This document shows positions 11,809 through 23,124 of a stretch of 60,877 nucleotides of DNA, piece by piece (the stretch's first letter is position 1; every line of letters begins with the position of its first letter). Origin of the DNA: Malacoraja senta (lineage: Eukaryota); NCBI GenBank assembly GCA_038087875.1, contig JAXLNO010000371.1, positions 1 through 60,877 on the forward strand, in the 5' to 3' direction. The position numbers and the translations under genes are program-made. The notes below the pieces were generated by a model. The model made no database searches. It had not been told where the DNA came from and worked only from the letters and a program-made list of their open reading frames with translations.

Positions 11809-14076
11809 TCTCCGTAACGACCAGCCTGCTACACCATCTCCGTAACGACCAGCCTGCTACACCATCTCCGTAACGACCAGCCTGCTACACCATCTCCGTA
11901 ACGACCAGCCTGCTACACCATCTCCGTAACGACCAGCCTGCTACACCATCTCCGTAACGACCAGCCTGCTACACCATCTCCGTAACGACCAGCCTGCTAC
12001 ACCATCTCCGTAACGACCAGCCTGCTACACCATCTCCGTAACGACCAGCCTGCTACACCATCTCCGTAACGACCAGCCTGCTACACCATCTCCGTAACGA
12101 CCAGCCTGCTACACCATCTCCGTAACGACCAGCCTGCTACACCATCTCCGTAACGACCAGCCTGCTACACCATCTCCGTAACGACCAGCCTGCTACACCA
12201 TCTCCGTAACGACCAGCCTGCTACACCATCTCCGTAACGACCAGCCTGCTACACCATCTCCGTAACGACCAGCCTGCTACACCATCTCCGTAACGACCAG
12301 CCTGCTACACCATCTCCGTAACGACCAGCCTGCTACACCATCTCCGTAACGACCAGCCTGCTACACCATCTCCGTAACGACCAGCCTGCTACACCATCTC
12401 CGTAACGACCAGCCTGCTACACCATCTCCGTAACGACCAGCCTGCTACACCATCTCCGTAACGACCAGCCTGCTACACCATCTCCGTAACGACCAGCCTG
12501 CTACACCATCTCCGTAACGACCAGCCTGCTACACCATCTCCGTAACGACCAGCCTGCTACACCATCTCCGTAACGACCAGCCTGCTACACCATCTCCGTA
12601 ACGACCAGCCTGCTACACCATCTCCGTAACGACCAGCCTGCTACACCATCTCCGTAACGACCAGCCTGCTACACCATCTCCGTAACGACCAGCCTGCTAC
12701 ACCATCTCCGTAACGACCAGCCTGCTACACCATCTCCGTAACGACCAGCCTGCTACACCATCTCCGTAACGACCAGCCTGCTACACCATCTCCGTAACGA
12801 CCAGCCTGCTACACCATCTCCGTAACGACCAGCCTGCTACACCATCTCCGTAACGACCAGCCTGCTACACCATCTCCGTAACGACCAGCCTGCTACACCA
12901 TCTCCGTAACGACCAGCCTGCTACACCATCTCCGTAACGACCAGCCTGCTACACCATCTCCGTAACGACCAGCCTGCTACACCATCTCCGTAACGACCAG
13001 CCTGCTACACCATCTCCGTAACGACCAGCCTGCTACACCATCTCCGTAACGACCAGCCTGCTACACCATCTCCGTAACGACCAGCCTGCTACACCATCTC
13101 CGTAACGACCAGCCTGCTACACCATCTCCGTAACGACCAGCCTGCTACACCATCTCCGTAACGACCAGCCTGCTACACCATCTCCGTAACGACCAGCCTG
13201 CTACACCATCTCCGTAACGACCAGCCTGCTACACCATCTCCGTAACGACCAGCCTGCTACACCATCTCCGTAACGACCAGCCTGCTACACCATCTCCGTA
13301 ACGACCAGCCTGCTACACCATCTCCGTAACGACCAGCCTGCTACACCATCTCCGTAACGACCAGCCTGCTACACCATCTCCGTAACGACCAGCCTGCTAC
13401 ACCATCTCCGTAACGACCAGCCTGCTACACCATCTCCGTAACGACCAGCCTGCTACACCATCTCCGTAACGACCAGCCTGCTACACCATCTCCGTAACGA
13501 CCAGCCTGCTACACCATCTCCGTAACGACCAGCCTGCTACACCATCTCCGTAACGACCAGCCTGCTACACCATCTCCGTAACGACCAGCCTGCTACACCA
13601 TCTCCGTAACGACCAGCCTGCTACACCATCTCCGTAACGACCAGCCTGCTACACCATCTCCGTAACGACCAGCCTGCTACACCATCTCCGTAACGACCAG
13701 CCTGCTACACCATCTCCGTAACGACCAGCCTGCTACACCATCTCCGTAACGACCAGCCTGCTACACCATCTCCATAACGACCAGCCTGCTACACCATCTC
13801 CGTAACGACCAGCCTGCTACACCATCTCCGTAACGACCAGCCTGCTACACCATCTCCGTAACGACCAGCCTGCTACACCATCTCCGTAACGACCAGCCTG
13901 CTACACCATCTCCGTAACGACCAGCCTGCTACACCATCTCCGTAACGACCAGCCTGCTACACCATCTCCGTAACGACCAGCCTGCTACACCATCTCCGTA
14001 ACGACCAGCCTGCTACACCATCTCCGTAACGACCAGCCTGCTACACCATCTCCGTAACGACCAGCCTGCTACACCA
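11809..14076. repeat. Tandem array, 81 x 28 bp (TCTCCGTAACGACCAGCCTGCTACACCA)
   Basis: 2268 bp equals 81 units. Only one substitution seen (G>A at 13774). No spacers. Confidence 0.97.
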
Positions 14077-14545
14077 TTCAGTTGGTTCTTCGACACTAGT
14101 CAAGCTGTTCTAGTTGACCAGCTTCATGAGACCATTCATGACTTTCTCTTTCATGGCTACAGGTACCGGCTTTGCAGAACACTGTGATGGGGTCACGCCC
14201 TCTGTCTGCGTTACCAACTTGACCTTGCCACGCAGTCTCCCAGGTCTTTCGTCGTCAAAGACATCTTTGTATCTCTTGAATAATGAGCCAGCCTCGCTAA
14301 CAGCATTCAGGCTCTTGAATTGCTCGTAGTGAACCGTGATGAGTTTCATCTGTTGTGCAGCTTTGCTGCTCAGGAGCGGTGTGAGCCAGCCTTCCTCTAT
14401 CACTATGAAGTGAACACGGTACGTCTTGTTGTTCGTCACGTTCCGGAGTACGACTTTCGTCCTACCTTCCGCCAGCAGGTTGGATCCGATGTACATCTTT
14501 AAGACGATTTTCTCTCGTCTAATGTCCTCTTTGTTGGGTTCAAGA

Positions 14546-15322
14546 CAAGCGCCCGTGCCGCACTGATTCGCCGCCTAGCCGGCACCACATGGGGAGCCAC
14601 GACGAAGACATGTCCACAGTGGCCCTGGTGTTCTCAGCCGCCGAGTACTGCGCCCCGGTCTGGTGCCGTAGCCCTCACGCCAAGAAGCTGGATGCTGCCC
14701 TCAACAGCACCCTGCGGACTGTCTCCGGATGCCTACGAGCCACCCCAGTAAACCAACTGCCCGTCCTCGCTGGCATCGGCCCAGCCAACATCAGACGAGA
14801 AGCAGCCACGCTGGCCCTCTCTCGAAAGGCACGGACCAGTGAATCCCACCTCCTCCATCAGATCGTCACAGAGACACCACGACGAGTGCGCCTCAAGTCA
14901 CGGCACCCCTTTGCCACGCAAGCCCAAGAGCTGCTCTGCACAACACCGGCTGACGCTTCTAAGGCTGCCTGGGTCAAGACGAGATGGAGAGACCAGTGGA
15001 AGTCAGCGGAACCATCTAGGCTACACCATTACATCGATGACCCCATGGACGTCCCTGGCCAGGACCTGCCCCGAAAGCAGTGGACAACCCTCAACCGCTT
15101 GAGGACAGGCATTGGACGCTATGGAGTAGCGATGAAGAGGTGGGGCCTCGTGGACAGCGCCTCCTGCGAGTGTGGGGACCCAACACAGACAGTGGAGCAC
15201 ATAGTCACCAGTTGCCCCAAACAATGGTGAACGAGGTCTGATTGACCTGGACGATGACACGTTGTCCTGGCTCGCCTCAACGGGGCTGCAGGTCTAAAAG
15301 ACACATGGCAGAAGAATAAGAA
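14546..15322 (+). mobile_element. 5'-truncated Ingi/Vingi-like non-LTR retrotransposon nested in the Gypsy protease region
   Basis: ORF 14589-15230 (LVFSAAEYCAPVW, LNRLRTGIGR, CECG..QTVEHIV..CP zinc knuckle) and an AGAAGAATAAGAA tail. Flanking duplication GGTTCAAGA (14537-14545) / GGTACAAGA (15323-15331). The Gypsy frame rejoins as PKHLVP|NKEDIRR. Confidence 0.75.
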
Positions 15323-15779
15323 GGTACAAGATGCTTGGGAATCACATTAACACTGGCACCAGAGTCAATCTGAAACTTGATGGCTTCTGTGCCGACCGGC
15401 ATCTCAGCGAATAGGCCTGAAGAGGAATTGTTTCCGGCTGCATTGATCTCAAGGCAACTCACAGACCCTGTGTCGGAAATGGACGTTGTGTCAGATGTCT
15501 CCACGACCTTGTGCAGACCCCGTTTCTGCATGCTCTCCTTCCTCTGCTTGCAGCAGGTGGCAACGTGGTTTGGTCGTCCTCATCGGTTGCAGTCCTTCCC
15601 GTTAGGGGAGAGCACCAGTAAATGGGGAATTAGGGAACATAAATACAACCAGGTCAAAAGAAGGGTTCGACCCAAAACGTTGCCTATTTCCTTTGCTCCA
15701 TAGTTGCTGCCTCACCCGCTGAGTTTCTCCAGCATTTTTGTCTACCAGGTCAAATATAACCTGGTTGAAATTTATGAGT

Positions 15780-16283
15780 CATCCTTAAATACAGGAGAGG
15801 TGCTGGAAGACTGGAGTTGTACATCTTTTCAAGAAGAGCTGCAGAGAAAATGCTGGGAACTATAGGCTGGTGAGCTTAACATCTGTAGTTGGTAATTTAC
15901 TGGAGAGTATTCTGAGGAATAGGTTTTACAGGCATTTGGATGGGCAAGGGCTGATTAGGGACAGAGCATGGTTTTGTACGTGGGAGGTCGTGTCTCACAA
16001 ATCTGATGGATTATTTTGAAGACGTGACCAAAAAGGTTGATGAGGGCAGAGTTGTAGATGTGGTATACTTGGACTTCAGTGAGGCATTCGACATGGTTCC
16101 GCATGTAGGCTGTCCTGGAAGGTTAGATCGCATGGGATCCAAGGAGAGATAGCTGAATGGATAGCAAATTGGCTTCATGGCAGCAGAGGGTATGTTGGAA
16201 GGTTGCTTCTCAAACTGGATGCCTGTGACTAGTGGTGTGCCTTAGGGTTCGGTGCTGGGCCCGTTACTGTTTGTCATCTACAA
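15780..16283 (+). mobile_element. Older CR1 RT fragment inside the Gypsy gag region
   Basis: Degenerate NYRLVSLTSVVG, VDVVYLDFS and SGVP.GSVLGP motifs. Confidence 0.8.
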
Positions 16284-16328
16284 TAAAGACAATCACTGAC
16301 CTACATTCACTCATGCATGCAGCTAGTC

Positions 16329-17223
16329 GGATGGCGGATGTGCAGGAGTGGGGCGCCGTTGTGTACGGCTGCTCTGCCTGCAGTCTGCCCTTTCACCCTT
16401 TTTTATTTTATTTTTTAGTCCTGTTAAAAAACAAAATGTTAGTTGGGGGTCTTTTATGTGGTGGGTGGGGGAGGGGAAGGGGGAAACATTATTTCTTAGT
16501 CCCTACCTGGTCGGAGTGGCAGCTACACTCCGAGCTGTTTCTTCGCCCCTTCCTCACGGCCTACCATTGAGACTGGAGCGGCGTTTCCTGTCGGGACCGG
16601 CCGGGACTGCAGCTTCGGCGGCGGCGCAGCACTGGGACACCATCAGGGAGCGGGCGATGCCTTACCGGGGTCGCCGTGCGGTAAGCTCCGGAGTGCTCTG
16701 ACCGCCGACTCCAACATCGAGGAGCTGTGGCTGCGGAGCGTCCAGCCGCGGGCGGCGCTGGATTTGGAACACCGCGGAGCCTGGGATCCGAGATCGCCAG
16801 AGTCGGAGCTCCAACCAGCGCGGCCTGAGGACTTCGGGAGCCGTGGTCTCCGGGGAGGGAGCGGCCGCTCCAGACATTTCTAAGCCGCTGAGGAATGTCC
16901 ACCCGACGCCGGAGTTCCAGCTTCCCGGCGAAGAGGACCTGAAAACATCGGACTGGCTGCAAGGCCACAAGTAGGCCCCGACCTCGGGTGGTCACAGAGG
17001 AAGAGGACTAAACTTTCTGGTGCCTTTCCCCACAGTGGAAAATTTTGATTCTGCTGTGGGGGGACGTTCATGTTGAATTCTATAATGTGTTGTGTCATTT
17101 TTCTTTTTTAAATCTTTTTCTATGGATGTACGGAAACTTATTATTTATTTTATGTAAAGCACTTTGGTTTCAACGCGAGTTGATTTAAAACGTGCTATAT
17201 AAATAAAACTTACTTACTTGCTT
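16329..17223 (+). mobile_element. GC/CpG-rich non-coding retroposon with an L2-type 3' tail
   Basis: Ends TGTAAAGCACTTTGG..GTGCTATATAAATAAA(ACTT)n, closely matching the 3' end of the L2 copies at 23125 and 29840. Flanked by CTAGTC on both sides (possible TSD). Confidence 0.6.
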
Positions 17224-17324
17224 ACTAGTCCGTCGCTGAGCGTTTGAACACCGATTCCTGAAAGCTTTTCCAAGCATTTTTTCTAATCATCATAGTGTCT
17301 ATTTGATTCACACATGTTCACTTT

Positions 17325-17338
17325 CACCGCTGCCACCA
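17325..17338 (-). promoter_or_regulatory. Primer-binding site, tRNA-Leu type
   Basis: Minus strand TGGTGGCAGCGGTG is complementary to the recalled 3' end of vertebrate tRNA-Leu(AAG/TAG), ...CACCGCTGCCA-CCA. Confidence 0.8.
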
Positions 17339-17533
17339 TGTTTTGATATCTGTCTGCTTATAAAATAAGTAAACTAGTTCATAATGTACAGAGAAAGATG
17401 GCTGCACACACACTCGTGTTGGAGACTCAAACAGGATTGATTTATTTCCAAGTCAAAGGTCACTGACTGATTTACTGAGCATGTGCGAGAATGAGCAGAG
17501 CTCATGTGCATAAATTACAGGGGTATTGTCACA
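17339..17533 (-). repeat. 5' LTR of the Gypsy element (TG...CA)
   Basis: Begins TGTGACA and ends AAAACA on the minus strand, followed directly by the PBS. Confidence 0.95.
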
Positions 17534-18497
17534 GTTACTCCAGCATTTTGTGTCTATCTTAGGTGTAAAGCAGCATCTGCAGTTCATAGAAACATAGAAA
17601 CATAGAAACATAGAAAATAGGTGCAGAAGTAGGCCATTCAGCCCTTCGAGCCTGCACCGCCATTCAATATGATCATGGCTGATCATCCAACTCAGTATCC
17701 TGTACCTGCCTTCTCTCCATACCCCCTGATCCCTTTAGCCACAAGGGCCATATCTAACTCCCTCTTAAATATAAGTACACTGTACTCTTCTACTGAATAT
17801 AGGCACAAAATGCTGGGGTAACTCAGCGGGACAGGCAGCATCTCGGGAGAGAAGGAATGGGTGACGTTTTGGGTCGAGACCCTTCTTCAGACTGATGTCA
17901 GGGGAGTGGGTGGGACAGAGATAAAATGTAGTCGGAGACAGTAAGACTGGTGTGAGAACTGGGAAGGGGGAGGGGATGGAGAGAGAGGGAGAGCAAGGGA
18001 TATTTTCAAGAGTGAGATTTAGCTCTTCGGCCTAAAGGAATTAAGAGATATGGGGGGGAAAGCAGGAATGGGGTACTGATTTTAGATGATCAGCCATGAT
18101 CATTTTGAATGGTGGTGCTGGCTCGAAGGGTCAAATGGCCTACTCCTGCACCTATTTTTCGATGTTCGTATGTTTCTATCTGAAGTTAGAGAAGTCAATG
18201 TTCATACCGCAGGGGTGTAAGCTGCCCAAGAGAAATATGAGGTGATGTTCCTCCAATATGCGCTGGGCCTCACTCTGACAATGGAGGAGGCCCAGGACAG
18301 AAAGGTCAGTGTGGGAATGGGAGGGGGAGTTAAAGTGTTGAGCGACCGTTTGCTGTCCAGTTCTACGTTGCACGGCCATGATTCTAACCATTCACACTGT
18401 GTGTTCATGTGCAGAGCAGCAGCAGCAGCAGCTGGCGGGAGGTGAGGCTGAGGGCGGCCTGCTGAACAAGATGGGGGTGCGGAAGGTGAGGTGAGGC

Positions 18498-18644
18498 ATG
18501 ATCATGGAGCCTGGCGGTCGCAGGCAGCGGTCAGAGTCCAACCTCCGGCCCCACCTCTCCAGGTTCACTGCCGGGAGGATGCCCCCTTGCTCCAAACCAC
18601 TGTCCAGCACCAGGCCAGCTGTGCGCCCAGGGCCAGATGTGAAG
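18498..18644 (+). CDS. ALS2CL: Putative first coding exon of ALS2CL-like gene (MIMEPGGRRQRSESNLRPHL...PGPDVK)
   Basis: Non-repeat GC-rich sequence. ATG at 18498 has an in-frame TGA at 18492. The exon ends AAG|GTAAGA in phase 0, matching the phase-0 start of the next exon. A candidate acceptor TGCAG ends at 18414. No homology recognised for this peptide. Confidence 0.55.
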
Positions 18645-18871
18645 GTAAGATATCGAAACATCGAAAATAGGTGCAGGAGTAGGCCATCCGGCCCTTCGAG
18701 CCAGCACCGCCATTCAATATGATCATAGCTGATCATCCACAATCAGTACTCCGTTCCTGCCTTCTCCCCATATCCCTTGAGTCCGTTTGCCCCAAGAGCT
18801 AAATCTAACTCTAACTGTTCCGTTGAGTTACTGCGGCCTTTTGCGTCTATCTATGAGAGACATTGACAGAG

Positions 18872-19412
18872 TATCTGGAGTATTGTGTGCAGTTTTGGTC
18901 CCCTAATTTGAGGAAGGACATTCTTGCTATTGAGGGAGTGCAGCGTAGGTTTACAAGGTTAATTCCCGGGATAGTGGGACTGTCATATGCTGGGAGAATG
19001 GAGCGGCTGGGCTTGTACACTCTGGAGTTTAAAAGGATGAGAGGGATCCTTATTGAAACATATAAGATTATTAAGGGTTTGGACACGCTAGAGTCAGGAA
19101 ACATGTTCCCGATGTTGGGGGAGTCCAGAACCAGGGGCCACCGTTTAAGAATAAGGGGTAAGCCATTTAAAACGGAGATGAGAAACACTTTTTCACACAG
19201 AGTTGTGAGTCTGTGGAATTCTCTGCCTCAGAGGGCGGTGGAGGCCGGTTCTGTGGATGCTTTCAAGAAAGAGCTAGATAGGGCTCTTAAAGATAGCGGA
19301 GTCAGGGGATAAGGGGAGAAGGCAGGAACGGGGTACTGATTGGGGATGATCAGCCATGATCACATTGAATGGCGGTGCTGGCTTAAAGGACCTATTGCCT
19401 ATTGTCTATTGT
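18872..19412 (+). mobile_element. CR1 LINE 3' fragment
   Basis: ORF 18863-19312 plus TATTGTC tail. Confidence 0.9.
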
Positions 19413-20409
19413 CAATCATGGATGATCTATCTCTCCCTCCTAACCCCATTCTCCTGCCTTCTCCCCGTAACCCCTGACAACAGTTCTTCCAACAACCATC
19501 AGGCTCTTGAACACAACGCAACACTGACCTCAGCTGCGAAGTCTGGACTTTCTTTGTTTGCACCTGGCAATGAATTTTATTTTGCATTAGTATTGTGCCT
19601 ATTAATTTATTGAATTTTTGTTTCTTATATGTTTTATTATATATTATCTTAGTTTAGTTTAGTTTGGAGATACAGCGCAAAACAAGCCCATCGGCCCAAC
19701 GAGTCCCCACCGACCAGCGATCACCCCTTCACACCGGCACTATCCTACACACGCAAGGGACAATTTACAGAAGCCAATTAACCTACAAACCCGCGCGTCT
19801 TAGGAGTGTGGGGGAGGAAACCGGAGCAGCCGGAGAAAACCCACGCAGGTCACGGGGAGAACGTACAAACTCCGTACAGACAGCACCCGTAGTCAGGATT
19901 GAGCCCGAGTCTCTGGCGCTGTGAGGCAGCAACTCTACCGCTGCGTCACCCATGTATTGTACATTTATGTTCCCGATGTTGGGCTCACAGTTCAAGAACA
20001 AGGGGTTGGCCATTTAGGACTGAGATGAGGAAAAACCTTTTCAGCCAGAGAGTTGTGAATCTGTGGAATTCTCTGCCACAGAAGGCAGTTGAGGCCAATT
20101 CACGGAATGTTTTCAAGAGAGAGTTAGATTTAGCTCTTAGGGCTAACGGAATCAAGGGATATGGAGAGAAGGCAGGAACGGGGTACTGATTGGGGATGAT
20201 CAGCCATGATCACATTGAATGGCGGTGCTGGCTCGAAGGGCCAAAAGGCCTACTCCTGCACTTATTGTCTGCGTTTCTATGTTTCCATGTAACGTGTGTT
20301 GTGTTTACTTGCATGTTAAGATGCTGCAGCTTCGAGTTTATTGTTCCGCGGTCGGTACATATGACAATTAAACACTCTCTTCTCTCGCCTCATCTTTGTC
20401 TTGTCAAAG

Positions 20410-20515
20410 GAGAAATGCCAAAGAGAAGCTGCCCACCTCTTCAAGTTGGAGCAGGCCTTCAAGAATCAGTTGTCGGACATTAAAGCCCTGATTCTGCAGC
20501 CACTGGTCAAAGCTG
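20410..20515 (+). CDS. ALS2CL: ALS2CL-like exon, start of DH domain (EKCQREAAHLFKLEQAFKNQLSDIKALILQPLVKA)
   Basis: Polypyrimidine tract plus AG acceptor, G|GTGAGT donor, 106 nt, phase 0 to 1. Resembles the recalled human ALS2CL N-terminus (EEAALLRLEEVF..LVLQPLL) and the ALS2 DH start. Confidence 0.88.
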
Positions 20516-20677
20516 GTGAGTGAGTGACTGATAGATACCACATTATCCTATAACCTCAGGAATGGTTCATAAGTTCATGTTCATCAGTGATAGGAGCAGA
20601 ATTAGGCCATTCGGCCCATCCAATCTACTCCCCCATGCAATCATGGCTGAACTATCTCTCACTCTCAACCCCACTCT

Positions 20678-21292
20678 CATAGAAACATAGAAACATAGAA
20701 AATAGGTGCAGGAGTAGGCCATTCGGCCCTTCGAGCCTGCACCGCCATTCAATATGATCATGGCTGATCATCCAACTCAGTATCCTGTACCTGCCTTCTC
20801 TCCATACCCCCTGATCCCTTTAGCCACGAGGGCCACATCTAACTCCCTCTTAAATATAGCCAATGAACTGGCCTCAACTACCTTCTGTGGCAGAGAATTC
20901 CACAGATTCACCACTCTCTGTGTGAAAAATGATTTTCTCATCTCGGTCCTAAAAGATTTCCCCCTTATCCTTAAACTGTGACCCCTTGTTCTGGACTTCC
21001 CCAACATCGGGAACAATCTTCCTGCATCTAGTCTGTCCAACCCCTTAAGAATATTGTAACTTTCTATAAGATCCCCCCTCAATCTTCTGAGTTCTAGCGA
21101 GTACAAGCGGAGTCTATCCAGTCTTTCTTCATATGAAAGTCCGGACATCCCAGGAATCAGTCTGGTGAACCTTCTCTGTACTCACTCTATGGCAAGAATG
21201 TCTTTCCTCAGATTTGGAGACCAAAACTGTACGCAATACTCCAGGTGTGGTCTCACCAAGACCCTGTACAACTGCAATAGAACCTCCCTGCT
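20678..21292 (-). mobile_element. CR1 LINE 3' fragment
   Basis: ORF 20777-21148 plus (CATAGAAA)n tail on the + strand. Confidence 0.9.
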
Positions 21293-21331
21293 CTCCTGCC
21301 TTCTCCCCATAAACCCTGACGCCAGCATTAC

Positions 21332-21838
21332 TAGTGTTGCCAACTTCCTCCCTCCCAAATAAGGGACAAAAGGTTAAAATACGGGACAAATTCCCGACGG
21401 CAATTAGTTGACCGACTCGGCCGTGGCTGGGTGAATGATGAGTTGGCCCGGATGCTGGACTGCACACAAAGCCCAGCCGGCGGGCCAGCTGAGGAATTTT
21501 GGCCCGGGCACCCCATCCAACTCATGAACCGATGATCGGCCGTGAGAAGGAGGGGGGGTGGTGGTGTCGGCGGTCAGCGAAGGTCCAAAGGTCGAACAGC
21601 TGTCCGGGCTGCCGACCGACCGACGGGGCCACGGGCGAGGCACTGCTGCTGCTGCTGCACTCCATGGGCTGCACTATGTCGGGACGGGTGAGGCGGGGCC
21701 TGGACGCGGCGCTCCGACAGTCCCCTCGACCCGAGTAGTAGCGGTCAAATATAGGACATGGGCGGTCCCATACTGGACAAACCAATTTAGCCCAACATAC
21801 GGGATGTCCCGGCTAATACGGGACAGTTGGCAACCCTA
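21332..21838. mobile_element. Non-autonomous hAT-like MITE, family A
   Basis: TIRs TAGTGTTGCCAAC / GTTGGCAACCCTA. Close paralogue at 55323-55842 and a terminal fragment at 6558-6597. TSD not clearly preserved. Confidence 0.8.
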
Positions 21839-22349
21839 CCCATACAAATCAAGAATCTATCTATCTCTGCCTTAAAAAATACCCATTGACTTGGCAAAGA
21901 ATTCCACAGATTCACCACCCTCTGACTAAAGAGTTCGAGTAAAGGTTCAGTGTGGAAGGACTTGACTTGAAGTTGATGTTGTCAAGTTGGAAAGGGTGCA
22001 GAGAGATTTACTAGGATGTTGCCAGGACTCGAGGGCCTGAGCTACAGGGAGAGGTTGAGCAGACTAGGACTCTATTCCTTGGAGCGCAGGAAGATGAGGG
22101 GTGATCTTATAGAATGTATAAAATCATGAGAGGAATAGATAGGTGAAAGCATATTTTCCCAATTATTAGGGGTGAAATTAATATAAATAGTAGAGGATAA
22201 CTCCCATTCTCCTGCCTTCTCCCCATAACCCCTGACATCCGCATTAATCAAAAATCTGTAAATCTCCACTGATTGTTGCTCTGGTGAACACCAAAGTGTG
22301 AGCATCTTGTGTTAATGTCTGCTGATTTTATAATGTGGACTAACTACAT

Positions 22350-22870
22350 CAGGATGCATCCCAGCACGGTTTGGGAACAGCTCCATCCAAGACCCGCAAG
22401 AAACTGCAGAGAATTGTGGACGCAGCCCAGACCATCACACAAACCAACCTCCCTTCTATCGACTCCATCTACACCTCAAGCTGCCTCGGCAAGGCCAGCA
22501 GCATCATCAAGGACCAGTCGCACCCTGGCCACTCCCTCTTCTCCCCTCTCCCATCAGGCAAGAGGTACAGAAATATGAAAACGCACACCTCCAGATTCAG
22601 GGACAGTTTCTTCCCAGTTGTTATCAGGCAACTGAACCATCCTACCACAACCAGAGAACGGTCCTGAACTACTATCTACCTCATTGGGACTATCCTTGAT
22701 CGGACTTTACTGGCTTTACCTTGCACTAAACGTTATTCCCTTATCCTGTATCTGTACACTGTGAATGGCTCGATTGTAATCATGTATTGTCTTTCCACTG
22801 ACTGGTCAGCAGGCAACAAAAGCTTTTCACTGTACCTCGCTACACGTGACAATAAACTAAACTGAACTGC
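22350..22870 (+). mobile_element. Rex1/Babar-clade LINE 3' fragment; related pieces at ~5330-5705, 38300-38730(-), 44707-45025, 45660-45850, 48990-49215, 52643-53040
   Basis: LQRIVDAAQTIT..RCLGKASSIIKDQSHPGHSLFSPLPSGKRYRS..RFRDSFFP; tail TGACAATAAACT(GAACT)n. Confidence 0.8.
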
Positions 22871-23124
22871 CCTCCAGGTAGGAAGGTGTGAGGTTACCCA
22901 GAGAGTGTTACCTCCACCAGGGGTCACAGCTCCAGAGACAGTCAGATCATTGGACCATCATGTACATGTTTACTTCCATCCAGAGAGGGTGACTGACTCT
23001 GGGATTCTCCCCCTCATCCCATCAGGACTTCCTAATGCTTGGATGAGTCCCAGAGCATAGTGGATACTGGGAGAAATGTGACTTGGACACCATGGCACTG
23101 GGGTAGCTGGAGTAACTCAGCAGG

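Larger units (their letters stand above)
7407..17533 (-). mobile_element. Degenerate Ty3/Gypsy LTR retrotransposon with multiple nested insertions
   Basis: Paired 195-bp LTRs and 5-bp TSD GTTAC (7402-7406, 17534-17538). Minus-strand remnants in Gypsy order: CCHC knuckle (~15550-15610), protease FQIDSGASVNVI (~15340-15380), RT (FDLKSGYLH, CVADDII), RNase H (QCDASKAGLGA, EKEALAI) and integrase (KSHFARYGIP..VVSD, QANGKVE). Confidence 0.95.

Noticed and set aside
11809..14076. 28-bp repeat array as a CRISPR locus
   Set aside because: The units are head-to-tail with no spacers, there are no cas genes, and the unit is Gypsy RT coding sequence.
16232..17098. Overlapping GC-rich ORFs as a host gene or CpG-island promoter
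   Set aside because: No recognisable protein or splice pattern; the segment has a LINE-type tail and possible TSD and lies inside the Gypsy element.
21331..21875. Ala/Gln/Ser-rich ORFs here and at 55303-55794
   Set aside because: They arise from a GC-rich MITE with a (GCT)n run and are not consistent between the two copies.
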